From an uncultured Bacilli bacterium (GTDB lineage Bacteria; Bacillota_I; Bacilli_A; RF39; UBA660), in contig CAKOLK010000002.1 of the NCBI GenBank assembly GCA_934096275.1, forward strand, positions 43,784-107,783: 64,000 nt of DNA, written 5' to 3'. The notes under the pieces are model-generated. The model saw only the letters and a program-made list of their open reading frames with translations, did no database searches and had not been told where the DNA came from. A program made the translations under genes and the position numbers. Below, in pieces: positions 8,575 to 18,186 of this stretch; position 1 is the first letter of the stretch; every line of letters begins with the position of its first letter.

Positions 8575-11500
8575 ATGAATGTTTTAGATAAATTAAGTAC
8601 TTTTTCTTATAAAAATGACATTAGTTTATTTGGTTTAACTAATGAGTTTTTTGCTGTTATTATTAATAAGTTTTTTAATAGTATTGAAGATGGTATTTTG
8701 ATTGTTGCTCCAAGTATGTTTGAAGCAAAAAAAATATATGAGGCTATAAACAGATATAATGATAATTGCTTTTTGTTTGAGACTGATAGTTTATCTTTTG
8801 TTAATGCACTTGCTACTAGTCCTATTCTTAAAACAGAGCGACTTTCTGTTTTGAACGAACTTTTAGATAATAAAAAGAGAATTGTTGTTACAGATTTGGT
8901 TGGTTATTTAAAACATCTACCTCCAGTTAATGATTATGCGGATAAAATTATTGAATTATCTGTTGGAGATAGTATTTCTATTGAAACTATTATTACAAGA
9001 CTTGATGATTTGGGATATAAAAGAGAAGATTTAGTTGTAAAGATGGGTGATTTTGCTGTTAGGGGATATATATTAGATATATTTTTGATTGATAGTGATA
9101 ATCCGATAAGAATAGAGTTTTTTGGTGATGATATAGAATCTATCCGTTTTTTTAATTCAGATGATCAAAGATCTATTTCGAATGTTAATTCTATTAAAAT
9201 ATATCCTAATGATGAAATTGATACTAATGAATATGTAAATATTTCATCTTATTTGGGTGATTGTTATAATGTTTTTAAAGATTATAATCAAATTGGTGTT
9301 TCATATAAGAATATGGTTCAAGAGTTTTTTGATTATGGTGATGAACAATCATTGTTTTTTAAATTAGAGGATATTCCATTAAATAAGGTTATATATTATA
9401 ATGATTTTGATAACTATAAACAAAGTAATAATTTTATTGATTTTTGCTGTTCTAATTTAGATTACAATGGAAATGATATTACTTATTTTAATGATTATGT
9501 TAAAAAGCATTTATCTTTGAAAAAGACAATAGTTATTTGTTTGTCTGATAAAAAAAATATTAATGATTTATTTGATTTTCCATATGTTTTGACTGATTTA
9601 AATAATATATTTGATGAAAAAGTAAATATCGTGACTTTTCCTTTAGGAGAGGGTTTTTCTATTGATAATTATATTTTTGTTAGTGAAAAGGAATTGTTTA
9701 ATAAGGTTTTTGTTAAGAAAAGGGCGGTTAAGTTTAAATATTCTAAGAGAATAAATGATATAACAAAACTTGATATTGGTGATTATGTTGTTCATGAAGC
9801 TTGTGGTATTGGTATTTATAATGGTATTAAAACTCTTACTAAAAATGGAGTTTTGAACGATTATATAGAGGTTCTTTATGCAAATGGGGATAAATTATTT
9901 ATTCCTGCTTCTAAAATAGAGTTAATTAGTAAGTTTTCTGGAAAGGAAGGATATGTTCCAAAAGTTAATTCTTTGAATAGTAATGCATGGGAAAAAGCTA
10001 AAAGAAGAGTTAGTCAAAAAATAAAGTATGAGGCTGAAAGACTTCTTAAGGTGCAAGCTGAAAGAAAATTAAAAAAAGGTTTTGCTTTTAGTAAGGATAA
10101 TGAACTTCAAATTATGTTTGATAATGAATTTTCATATGATGCTACTGATGATCAAATTAGGGCTACTATGGAGATAAAAAAAGATATGGAAAGTGATATT
10201 CCAATGGACAGATTGCTTTGTGGTGATGTTGGTTATGGAAAGACTGAAGTTGCTTTTCGAGCTATGTTTAAAGCTGTATTAGACAATAAACAAGTTATGT
10301 ATCTTTGTCCTACTACACTTTTATCTAGACAACAATATATGAGTGCTCTTGCTAGATTCAAAAGTTTTCCTGTTAGAATAGAATTATTAAATAGATTTGT
10401 ATCTTCTAAAAATGCTAAAAGGATAATTGATGATTTCAATAAGGGAAATGTTGATATTTTATTTGGAACTCACAGAATACTTAGTGATGATATTAAACCT
10501 AAAGATTTAGGACTTTTAGTTATTGATGAGGAGCAACGTTTTGGGGTTGCTCATAAAGAAAAAATTAAAGAGTATAAGAGTAATATTGATGTGCTTACTC
10601 TTACTGCAACTCCTATACCTAGAACTTTACAAATGACTATTTTTGGTCTTAAAGATTTGTCTTTGATTGAAACTCCTCCGAAGGATAGGCATGCTGTACA
10701 GACTTATGTACTTGCATTTGATAAAAATATTATTAGGGATATTATTTATAGGGAATTATCACGTGATGGGCAAGTTTTTATATTATATAATAGAGTTGAA
10801 GATATTGAGTCTAAAGTTAGAGAAATACAGATGATTGTTCCTGAAGCTAGAGTTGCTTTTGCGCATGGGAAGATGAATAAAAATGATCTTGAAAATATAA
10901 TGAATGATTTTGTTCTTCATAAATATGATGTTTTAGTATGTACTACTATTATAGAAACTGGTGTTGATATGCCTAATGTTAATACTCTTATTGTTTATAA
11001 TTCTGATTGGTTTGGTCTTAGTCAGTTGTATCAAATAAGAGGTAGGGTTGGTCGTAGTGATAGAATTGCTTATGCTTATTTGACATATGAAAATAATAAA
11101 GTTTTGACTGAAACTTCTATGAAGAGACTTCAAGTACTTAAAGATTTTACAGAACTTGGAAGTGGTTTTACTATCGCTGCACGTGATTTATCAATCAGAG
11201 GTTCTGGTGATATTTTAGGAAGCGAACAAGCTGGTTATATTGATTGTGTTGGTATTGATTTATATATGAAGATGTTAAATGATGAGATTTTAAAATTGAG
11301 GGGAATTGAAGTTTTAGATAAGAATGATGATGTTATTAGTAATGTAGAGGTTACTAGCCATATTTCTGATATTTATACGAACAGTGATGAACTGAAGATT
11401 GAAATTCATAAACTTATAAACAGTATTGATTCCTATGAAAAGTATAACTCAGTTTATAACGAACTTACAGATAGATTTGGTAGGCTTAATGATGATATTA

Positions 11501-11769
11501 TAATATATATGAATAAAGAATTGTTTGAAAATTATAGTAAGAAAATTGGAATATCTAAAATAGTAGAAGATAGTTTTAGTGTATCTGTAGTGTTTAATAG
11601 TGTTAGGTCTAATTCACTTGATTATGAAGATTTGATTATGAGATCACTTAAGATTAGTAATAGATTTTTGTTTTCTTATAAAAATAATTGTTTATTTATT
11701 AAAATCTTGAAGAATAGTGGTGAAGATAGCCCAATAGTTTTATTCAATAAACTTTTTAAAGAAATATAG
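8575..11769 (+). CDS. mfd: Transcription-repair coupling factor
   Basis: 1064 aa with a CarD-like RNAP-interaction domain (GDYVVHEACGIG), superfamily 2 helicase motifs (GDVGYGKTEVA, DEEQRFG) and a TRG region. Confidence 0.95.
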   Translation: MNVLDKLSTFSYKNDISLFGLTNEFFAVIINKFFNSIEDGILIVAPSMFEAKKIYEAINRYNDNCFLFETDSLSFVNALATSPILKTERLSVLNELLDNKKRIVVTDLVGYLKHLPPVNDYADKIIELSVGDSISIETIITRLDDLGYKREDLVVKMGDFAVRGYILDIFLIDSDNPIRIEFFGDDIESIRFFNSDDQRSISNVNSIKIYPNDEIDTNEYVNISSYLGDCYNVFKDYNQIGVSYKNMVQEFFDYGDEQSLFFKLEDIPLNKVIYYNDFDNYKQSNNFIDFCCSNLDYNGNDITYFNDYVKKHLSLKKTIVICLSDKKNINDLFDFPYVLTDLNNIFDEKVNIVTFPLGEGFSIDNYIFVSEKELFNKVFVKKRAVKFKYSKRINDITKLDIGDYVVHEACGIGIYNGIKTLTKNGVLNDYIEVLYANGDKLFIPASKIELISKFSGKEGYVPKVNSLNSNAWEKAKRRVSQKIKYEAERLLKVQAERKLKKGFAFSKDNELQIMFDNEFSYDATDDQIRATMEIKKDMESDIPMDRLLCGDVGYGKTEVAFRAMFKAVLDNKQVMYLCPTTLLSRQQYMSALARFKSFPVRIELLNRFVSSKNAKRIIDDFNKGNVDILFGTHRILSDDIKPKDLGLLVIDEEQRFGVAHKEKIKEYKSNIDVLTLTATPIPRTLQMTIFGLKDLSLIETPPKDRHAVQTYVLAFDKNIIRDIIYRELSRDGQVFILYNRVEDIESKVREIQMIVPEARVAFAHGKMNKNDLENIMNDFVLHKYDVLVCTTIIETGVDMPNVNTLIVYNSDWFGLSQLYQIRGRVGRSDRIAYAYLTYENNKVLTETSMKRLQVLKDFTELGSGFTIAARDLSIRGSGDILGSEQAGYIDCVGIDLYMKMLNDEILKLRGIEVLDKNDDVISNVEVTSHISDIYTNSDELKIEIHKLINSIDSYEKYNSVYNELTDRFGRLNDDIIIYMNKELFENYSKKIGISKIVEDSFSVSVVFNSVRSNSLDYEDLIMRSLKISNRFLFSYKNNCLFIKILKNSGEDSPIVLFNKLFKEI

Positions 11770-11843
11770 TTTTAGAACTATGTTTTTTTTGTGAATATTT
11801 TTGCTTTTTTATGGAAAAATAATTATGAAAGTGAGGAAAGTAA

Positions 11844-12374
11844 ATGAAGACTACTGGTGTTGTTAGAAGAATAGATGAGCTTGGAAGAATTGTTATTCCT
11901 AAGGAGATTAGAAAAACATTAAAAATTAAAGATGGAGAGTCTTTAGAAATATTTTTAGAAGATGGGAATATAATTTTAAAGAAGTATTCTCATTTTGATA
12001 GTTTAAAAGATTTTTATGATAAATTTGTTGATAGTATTTCAAGTTCGATTGATAAGACTGTCTTAATTACTGATAGATGTAATGTAATTGCGGGAGCTGG
12101 TGCTTTAAAAAATAATTATATTGATTTAGATATTTCTTCTGATGTTGATAGAATTATTGAGGAAAGAACTAATACTTTTTCATATGTTAAAACTAGTTTT
12201 AGTATAGTTAAGGATAGAGTAGATGCTATTGGGTATGTTATTTGTCCGATTATAGTTGATGGTGACGCTATTGGAAGTGTAATAATAGTTTCTGATTCTT
12301 GTGATTTAGATTCTTTTGATGAACGCACTGCGATTGCGTATTCTAAATTTTTAAGTAAATATATTGAATTATAA
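11844..12374 (+). CDS. spoVT: Stage V sporulation transcription factor SpoVT (AbrB-type N-domain + GAF-like C-domain)
   Basis: N-terminus is TGVVRRIDELGRIVIPKEIRKTLKI (SpoVT/AbrB swapped-hairpin). At 176 aa it fits SpoVT rather than AbrB. Follows mfd, as in B. subtilis. Confidence 0.85.
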   Translation: MKTTGVVRRIDELGRIVIPKEIRKTLKIKDGESLEIFLEDGNIILKKYSHFDSLKDFYDKFVDSISSSIDKTVLITDRCNVIAGAGALKNNYIDLDISSDVDRIIEERTNTFSYVKTSFSIVKDRVDAIGYVICPIIVDGDAIGSVIIVSDSCDLDSFDERTAIAYSKFLSKYIEL

Positions 12375-12394
12375 TTTTTATTATGATATAATTT

Positions 12395-12598
12395 TAGTTA
12401 AATGTGATGAAGAAAAGTTAGGACAATTTTGAAATTGTAGAGAGTTTGTGTTTGGTGAAAACAAATATTTTAAATTGTTTGGTATGATTTTCGGAACAGG
12501 TTTTGCCCGCAGGGATGCGTTAAAAAAATAAGTTTGTAATTTTGCAAAATTAAGGTGGTACCACGGAATATTTCGTCCTTAGAGATATTTCGTTTTTT
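12395..12598 (+). promoter_or_regulatory. T-box riboswitch leader (Met specifier) with intrinsic terminator
   Basis: Stem I elements AGAGAG and GGTGAAA are present. The specifier AUG-A is at 12484-12487. The T-box sequence aaattaAGGTGGTACCACGg is at 12547-12566. The terminator pairs acggaatatttc with gagatatttcgt (12563-12593) and is followed by TTTTTT. Confidence 0.85.
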
Positions 12599-12617
12599 AT
12601 TTATTGGAGGGATGATT

Positions 12618-14147
12618 ATGAAAGAAAAATTTTATATTAGTACTGCGATTGCTTATACTTCTGCTAAACCACATATTGGAAACACATATGAAATTGTTTT
12701 GACAGATGCTATTGCTAGGTATAAGAGGCTTAAAGGATATGATGTTTATTTTCAAACTGGTACAGATGAACATGGTCAAAAAATAGAACAAAAAGCTATG
12801 GAAGCTGGTGTTTCTTGTAAGGAGTATGTTGATAATATTGCTAATGAAATTAAAAAGATTTGGGATGTTATGAATACTAGTTATGATAAGTTTATTAGAA
12901 CTACTGATCCATTGCACGTTGAAAAGGTTCAAAGGATATTTGAAAAGTTATATGATCAAGGTGATATTTATAAAGGAGAGTATAAAGGACTTTATTGTAC
13001 ACCATGTGAATCTTTTTGGACTGAAACTCAATTAGTTGATGGTAAGTGTCCTGATTGTGGTAGAGAAGTGCATGAAACTAGTGAAGAGGCTTATTTTTTT
13101 AGAATGAGTAATTATGCTTCATGGCTTGAAGATTATATTGAAAGTCATCCACATTTTATACAACCTGAATCTAGAAAAAATGAAATGATAAATAATTTTA
13201 TTAAACCAGGTCTTGAAGATTTATGTGTTTCGCGTTCGTCTTTTAAATGGGGAATACCTGTCTCATTTGATGAAGATCATGTTGTTTATGTATGGATTGA
13301 TGCTTTAACTAATTATATTACTTTTCTCGGATATGATCCAGATGGTGATTCAGATGAGATGTTTAATAGATATTGGCCATGCGATGTACATGTAATAGGT
13401 AAGGATATTTTGAGATTCCATACCATTTATTGGCCAATTATATTGAAAGCTCTTGATTTAGAACTTCCTAATAAGATATTTGGTCATCCTTGGATGCTTT
13501 TTGGAAATGATAAAATGAGTAAGAGTAGAGGTAACATCGTTTATGCTGATGATTTAGTAAATGAATTTGGAGTTGATGCTGTTAGATATTATATGCTTCA
13601 TGAGATGCCATTTTCATCAGATGGAACTTTTACTAGAGAGCTTCTTATAGATAGTATTAATTCTAACTTAGCAAATGTTTTAGGCAATTTAGTTAATAGA
13701 ACTATTGGTATGGTCAACAAGTATTTTGATGGTATTGTTGAAAATAAAAATGTAAATGAAGATATTGATAATGATTTAATTAATTTGGTTTTATCTAGTA
13801 GAGATGTAGTTGATGAGAAAATGAATAATTTGCGTGTTGCTGATTCTTTAGATGCTATTTTTGATATTTTTAGAAGATGTAACAAGTATATTGATGAAAC
13901 CATGCCATGGGGTCTTGCTAAAGATGAAAAGTGTTTGAATAGACTATCTACAGTTTTATATAATTTAGTTGAATCAATTAGATTTGGTGCTGTTTTACTT
14001 CAAGCATATATGCCAGATACTAGTGAAAAAATATTTAATCAGTTAAATACAGATATTAAAAATTTTGATAGTTTAGATCAATTTGGTTATTATAAGTCTG
14101 GTACAAAATTGAATGAGTCGTTTGTTTTATTTCAACGAATTGATTAA
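12618..14147 (+). CDS. metG: Methionine--tRNA ligase
   Basis: Has HIGN (class I HIGH), KMSKS and the CPxC zinc knuckles. GGAGG at 12606-12610 precedes ATG 12618. Confidence 0.95.
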   Translation: MKEKFYISTAIAYTSAKPHIGNTYEIVLTDAIARYKRLKGYDVYFQTGTDEHGQKIEQKAMEAGVSCKEYVDNIANEIKKIWDVMNTSYDKFIRTTDPLHVEKVQRIFEKLYDQGDIYKGEYKGLYCTPCESFWTETQLVDGKCPDCGREVHETSEEAYFFRMSNYASWLEDYIESHPHFIQPESRKNEMINNFIKPGLEDLCVSRSSFKWGIPVSFDEDHVVYVWIDALTNYITFLGYDPDGDSDEMFNRYWPCDVHVIGKDILRFHTIYWPIILKALDLELPNKIFGHPWMLFGNDKMSKSRGNIVYADDLVNEFGVDAVRYYMLHEMPFSSDGTFTRELLIDSINSNLANVLGNLVNRTIGMVNKYFDGIVENKNVNEDIDNDLINLVLSSRDVVDEKMNNLRVADSLDAIFDIFRRCNKYIDETMPWGLAKDEKCLNRLSTVLYNLVESIRFGAVLLQAYMPDTSEKIFNQLNTDIKNFDSLDQFGYYKSGTKLNESFVLFQRID

Positions 14148-14259
14148 TAATATGTAAAAAAGAGTGTAAAGTTGATATTTCTGCTCTTTTTTTGTTTGAT
14201 ATTGTCGAATAATGTTTTATAATTAAGGAGCAGTAAAGAATAACAAAAAGGAGATAATT

Positions 14260-14418
14260 ATGGTTGCAGAAAGATTAAAGAGGTATGCAGTAATTATGAG
14301 TGTTGTTTTTGTACTAGTTATGATTTATTTGACTAGTGTGCATTCTTTTATAGATGCATTTTATTTTCTGATTATGCTATATGGTGTATATGTATTTATA
14401 GAAACAGTAGAGGAATAG
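14260..14418 (+). CDS. Small hydrophobic protein (52 aa), not in the supplied ORF track
   Basis: SD aaaGGAGataatt is followed by ATG. The product MVAERLKRYAVIMSVVFVLVMIYLTSVHSFIDAFYFLIMLYGVYVFIETVEE has two predicted TM helices. A hairpin terminator follows. Confidence 0.4.
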   Translation: MVAERLKRYAVIMSVVFVLVMIYLTSVHSFIDAFYFLIMLYGVYVFIETVEE

Positions 14419-14424
14419 TGAAAA

Positions 14425-14447
14425 GTGGATGATTATTCATCCACTTT
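14425..14447 (+). terminator. Rho-independent terminator
   Basis: The stem agtggatga/tcatccact has a ttat loop and a trailing TTTT. Confidence 0.6.
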
Positions 14448-14476
14448 TATGATAAGATATTTTTGGAGGTATAGTT

Positions 14477-15235
14477 ATGTTTGATACACATTTACATTTA
14501 GTTAATGAAGGATATGATAATATTGATAAGGTTATAAATGATGCAGTAGAGTCAGGTGTTTTATATTTGATTCTTGGTGGTTGCAGTAAAGGTGATAATA
14601 TTTCTAATATTGATCTTTGCAAGAACTACAATAATTTATTTGTGACTGTTGGTTATCATCCTAGTGAAGTTAATAAATTAGATGATTCTGATTTTTTATT
14701 ACTTGAAAAACAAATATGTGACAATAAGAATAAAGTTTTAGGAATTGGGGAAATAGGTTTGGATTATCATTATGGTAAAGAAGACAGAGAGTTGCAGATT
14801 GAAGTATTTAAAAAACAACTTTCTATTGCTAAAAAGTATGAATTACCTGTTGTTATTCATACTAGGGATGCTATGCAAGAAACATATGATATTTTGAAAG
14901 ATAGTGGCGTTAAAGGTATTATTCATTGTTTTTCTGGAAGTAAAGAGATGGCTGATAAATTTGTTGAAATCGGTTTTTATTTAGGAATAGGTGGAGTTGT
15001 CACTTTTTCTAATAGTAAACTTGGTGATGTTGTAAAAGAAATAGATTTATCTCATATTGTTTTAGAAACTGATTCTCCTTATTTATCTCCGTTTAGAGGG
15101 GAAAGAAACGAACCTAAAAATATTAAAGTCATAGCAGAAAAAGTAGCTTTCATTAAGAGTTTGAGTTTTAATGATGTAGCAAAAATTACCAGTGATAATA
15201 CTATTAGATTATTTGACTTGAGTGGCAAAATATGA
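14477..15235 (+). CDS. tatD: TatD family metal-dependent DNase/hydrolase (YabD)
   Basis: MFDTHLHL..., GEIGLDYHY and HCFSG motifs. Follows metG, as in Bacillus. Confidence 0.9.
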   Translation: MFDTHLHLVNEGYDNIDKVINDAVESGVLYLILGGCSKGDNISNIDLCKNYNNLFVTVGYHPSEVNKLDDSDFLLLEKQICDNKNKVLGIGEIGLDYHYGKEDRELQIEVFKKQLSIAKKYELPVVIHTRDAMQETYDILKDSGVKGIIHCFSGSKEMADKFVEIGFYLGIGGVVTFSNSKLGDVVKEIDLSHIVLETDSPYLSPFRGERNEPKNIKVIAEKVAFIKSLSFNDVAKITSDNTIRLFDLSGKI

Positions 15236-15264
15236 TACTATTTTAGTAGTTGAGGTGATTTGTT

Positions 15265-15858
15265 TTGAATCATATAAAGAAAAATAGTTTTAAAATATTA
15301 ATGAGTATTTTTAGTGTACTTGGTTTTATGTTTGTATCAGTTGGTGTTGGTATAATGTATGCGTTAGAAACTGATGAATTAAACATTAACACAATTAATG
15401 ATAATAAAAATTTACTTACTTATTCTGATTTAAAGAATGGACAGTCTGAATTGTTGGAAAAGCAGTTAAAACCAGTATTTTATAATAGTATGGCAGATGC
15501 AGTGTTTTATTCAAAGAGCTATCCTACTAGTTTTAAGGCAAAGCTAGTTCATTATGGACCTGATTGTGCTTCTTGTGGTGGTCGTCTTGGTTGTAATGGA
15601 CAGAATGCTAAAAATGGCAATATATATTATAATGATAAAGAGTATGGAAAAATTAGAATTGTTGCTGCTTCAACATTATTACCATGTGGGAGTATTTTGA
15701 AAATTAATTTAGATGCTTATGATAATATGTATGTTATAGTTCTTGATAGAGGAGTGGATTCTTCGATGATTGATTTATTAAAAGAAAGTCAAAGATCTAA
15801 GTCGCCAGTTCGAACTGTAAATAATGTTGTTTTTGATATTGTTAGATATGGATACTAG
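15265..15858 (+). CDS. 3D-domain (RlpA-like double-psi beta-barrel) secreted protein, YabE-like
   Basis: N-terminal TM, and a C-terminal YGKIRIVAAS..LPCGSILKI..YVIVLDRG typical of 3D domains. TTG start after GAGGTGA. Confidence 0.7.
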   Translation: MNHIKKNSFKILMSIFSVLGFMFVSVGVGIMYALETDELNINTINDNKNLLTYSDLKNGQSELLEKQLKPVFYNSMADAVFYSKSYPTSFKAKLVHYGPDCASCGGRLGCNGQNAKNGNIYYNDKEYGKIRIVAASTLLPCGSILKINLDAYDNMYVIVLDRGVDSSMIDLLKESQRSKSPVRTVNNVVFDIVRYGY

Positions 15859-15887
15859 TCAATAGCTTATGTTATTGACTTTTTTTT
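15858..15887 (+). terminator. Rho-independent terminator
   Basis: agtcaata / tattgact stem followed by TTTTTTT. Confidence 0.7.
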
Positions 15888-15917
15888 AATTTTTTTGTAA
15901 AAAATCAGAAAAAGATA

Positions 15918-15946
15918 TTGCAATATTTTTAAAAATATATTATCAT
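15918..15946 (+). promoter_or_regulatory. Putative sigma-A promoter of the fibre locus
   Basis: TTGCAA, a 17-nt spacer, then TATCAT, about 27 nt upstream of the first gene's start. Confidence 0.45.
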
Positions 15947-15972
15947 GGTTATAGTAAAGGAGGTTAAACATA

Positions 15973-16557
15973 ATGGAAGATAATAATTCTAAGAAAATTT
16001 TGTTAACTGTTTTAGGTGTTGCAATTCTAATAGTTGCTGTTGTTGGTATTTCATTTGCATTATTTACTTCAAATGATCAAATAACTGGTGAAAATACTAT
16101 TAAGTCTGGAACAGTCACTATGAGTTTCTCAGAAAAAACAAATGGTATTACATTATCTAACGCTTTACCAATGAGCGAAGCTGATGCTTTACAACAATTA
16201 ACTAATGATGGAGATTATTTCGACTTTGATGTTGTTACTAAGACTTCTAAAGCAGGAACAGTTATTCCTTACAAGGTTTCTGTTGCTAAAATTAGTGGCG
16301 ATTTAAATGATAATCAAATAGCTATCAATCTTCAAAAATTAGGAACAGATGGTGATTATACTTCTATAATTACTAATAAAAAAGTTAGTGATTATGCAGA
16401 TGGTGTAATTGTTGATGCTACTGATAATGCAGGTACTGCTGCTGGTAAAACTGATTCTTATAGATTAAGAATTTGGATTGCTAGTGATCAAGATGCTTCT
16501 GCTATTAAGGCTGACTCTAAATATTCTTTAAGAGTTAATGTTAATGGTGGTATTTAA
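15973..16557 (+). CDS. TasA/camelysin (peptidase M73)-like secreted fibre protein, paralogue 1
   Basis: The SipW-cognate style signal LLTVLGVAILIVAVVGISFALFTSND is followed by IKSGTVTMSF (compare TasA ..TWAAFND....ASGTLDLS). Strong SD aaaGGAGG. Confidence 0.75.
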   Translation: MEDNNSKKILLTVLGVAILIVAVVGISFALFTSNDQITGENTIKSGTVTMSFSEKTNGITLSNALPMSEADALQQLTNDGDYFDFDVVTKTSKAGTVIPYKVSVAKISGDLNDNQIAINLQKLGTDGDYTSIITNKKVSDYADGVIVDATDNAGTAAGKTDSYRLRIWIASDQDASAIKADSKYSLRVNVNGGI

Positions 16558-16580
16558 AAATTATGAAAGGAGTTTAAACA

Positions 16581-17354
16581 ATGGAAAATAATAAGACTAT
16601 GATTTTATCAATTCTAGGCGTTCTAGTTTTGGTTATTGCTGTTGTTGGTGTTTCATTTGCTATGTATAGTTTTTCTGCACAAGGTACTAAAGAAAACGTT
16701 ATAACAACAGGTTCAGTTTCATTAGCTATCGACAAGAAAGGAGAATCATTATTTACACTTGACAATGTTTATGGTGTAAATGATGCTACTGGTATTGCTG
16801 GTACTAGTGAAGATGTTGGTACAGGTAATTTTACTTTATCTGCTAATTTATCTGGAACAATGAATATTCATTATGAAGTTGGATTTGTTGATTTAACTGA
16901 AGGTAATTCTAATTTAACTGATAGTATGATAATGGTTGCTATTAAAGATGAAAATAATAATTATTATACTAGTACTGGAAAAACTACTACTGCTACTGCT
17001 GTAACTTTAAATAGTTTTGCAAATAATAAAGGTTATGCTGCTGGCGATACAGGAATGACTGGAATTGATGCAGATACTTATCTATTAAATAGTTATGTAT
17101 TTGATAAAGGTATTGTTACTACTAGTGGAAATCAAAAAACTTACACTATTAATGCATGGATTAGTGATAAATATGTTTTAAAAGGTGGAGAAGAATCAAC
17201 TGCTAATAAAACTACTAATTCTTGTACAGTTGCTGGTAATGCTACTGAAGAAGCTTGTAAGGCTGCTGGTGGGCAATGGACTAATACTCAAACTAAAGAA
17301 ACTACACCAGAAACATTTAGTTTCAAAGTTAAAGTATCAGCTGCTCAATATTAA
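16581..17354 (+). CDS. TasA/camelysin-like secreted fibre protein, paralogue 2
   Basis: ILGVLVLVIAVVGVSFAMYSFS...ITTGSVSLAI. The C-terminal FSFKVKVSAAQ resembles the TasA-family C-terminal strand. Confidence 0.75.
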   Translation: MENNKTMILSILGVLVLVIAVVGVSFAMYSFSAQGTKENVITTGSVSLAIDKKGESLFTLDNVYGVNDATGIAGTSEDVGTGNFTLSANLSGTMNIHYEVGFVDLTEGNSNLTDSMIMVAIKDENNNYYTSTGKTTTATAVTLNSFANNKGYAAGDTGMTGIDADTYLLNSYVFDKGIVTTSGNQKTYTINAWISDKYVLKGGEESTANKTTNSCTVAGNATEEACKAAGGQWTNTQTKETTPETFSFKVKVSAAQY

Positions 17355-17360
17355 TGAATT

Positions 17361-17387
17361 AAGCAAGTATTATCTTGCTTTTTTTTT
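17361..17387 (+). terminator. Rho-independent terminator (possibly partial/attenuating)
   Basis: aagcaag / cttgctt stem followed by TTTTTTT. Confidence 0.65.
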
Positions 17388-17476
17388 ACATTTTTTTATA
17401 AATGTTTTGTAAAATACTTTTATTTTTTTAATATTTGTGTTATTCTATTCTTAGAATAAGAATTGGTGGTGAGATT

Positions 17477-18178
17477 GTGAATAATGATAGAAAGAATGAT
17501 AATAATGAGATTTTAGATATTTCCTCTGATAAAGAGTTAGTGAAAGTTGCTGATGAAGTGGCTTTTGAAATTTTGCATCCAGAAACTGATGATAGTAAAC
17601 ACTTTTTATTTTTATTGTTATTATTTATTATTTTTTTAACCTCTATCATTTCATTTATATGTTTTTCGATGGCAGATCGTTTTAATTCGATAAAAAATAA
17701 TACGATAACTACTGGTTCAGTTTTATTTTCATTTTCTGATGGTAGTAATTACATTAACATGATTGATGTTTATCCAGTATCTGATGATGTTGGAATGAAA
17801 TTGAATGGTAGTAATGAATTGTACGAGTTTAATGTTTCAGAGAAATATTATGGTGATACTTCAAAGAAGAAGCGTTCTGATTATTCAAATTATGAAGTTT
17901 CATTGATATTGAATGATGAGAATACTATTGCTCCTAGTTATATTAAGATTTATTTAATAAAAAATCAAGAAGAAGTTAAAATTAATGATAAAATTATTAA
18001 TAGAATATCTGAACTTCCTAAGAGTAAAGTACAAAATAATGGGTATACTTTAATTAGAAACGAAATAACTGATGATAATTTTGACACATATACTTTTAGA
18101 ATGTGGTTATCTAATGATTATAAGGTTGATAATATTTCTAGAGTGTTTAAGTGTAAAATTGTTGTTAATAGTTATTAA
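17477..18178 (+). CDS. TasA-like paralogue 3 with a long N-terminal cytoplasmic extension
   Basis: GTG 17477 follows GGTGGTGAG. About 55 polar residues precede the TM, then FSMADRFNS...ITTGSVLFSF, the same motif as paralogues 1 and 2. Confidence 0.6.
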   Translation: MNNDRKNDNNEILDISSDKELVKVADEVAFEILHPETDDSKHFLFLLLLFIIFLTSIISFICFSMADRFNSIKNNTITTGSVLFSFSDGSNYINMIDVYPVSDDVGMKLNGSNELYEFNVSEKYYGDTSKKKRSDYSNYEVSLILNDENTIAPSYIKIYLIKNQEEVKINDKIINRISELPKSKVQNNGYTLIRNEITDDNFDTYTFRMWLSNDYKVDNISRVFKCKIVVNSY

Positions 18179-18186
18179 AGAAAGGG

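Noticed and set aside
17185-17412. Overlapping +2 frame ORF at the end of TasA-like paralogue 2, and 19898-20098 at the end of the fibre locus
   Set aside because: These are alternative frames of, or run-off from, real genes. They have no SD, and the second runs into the terminator hairpin.
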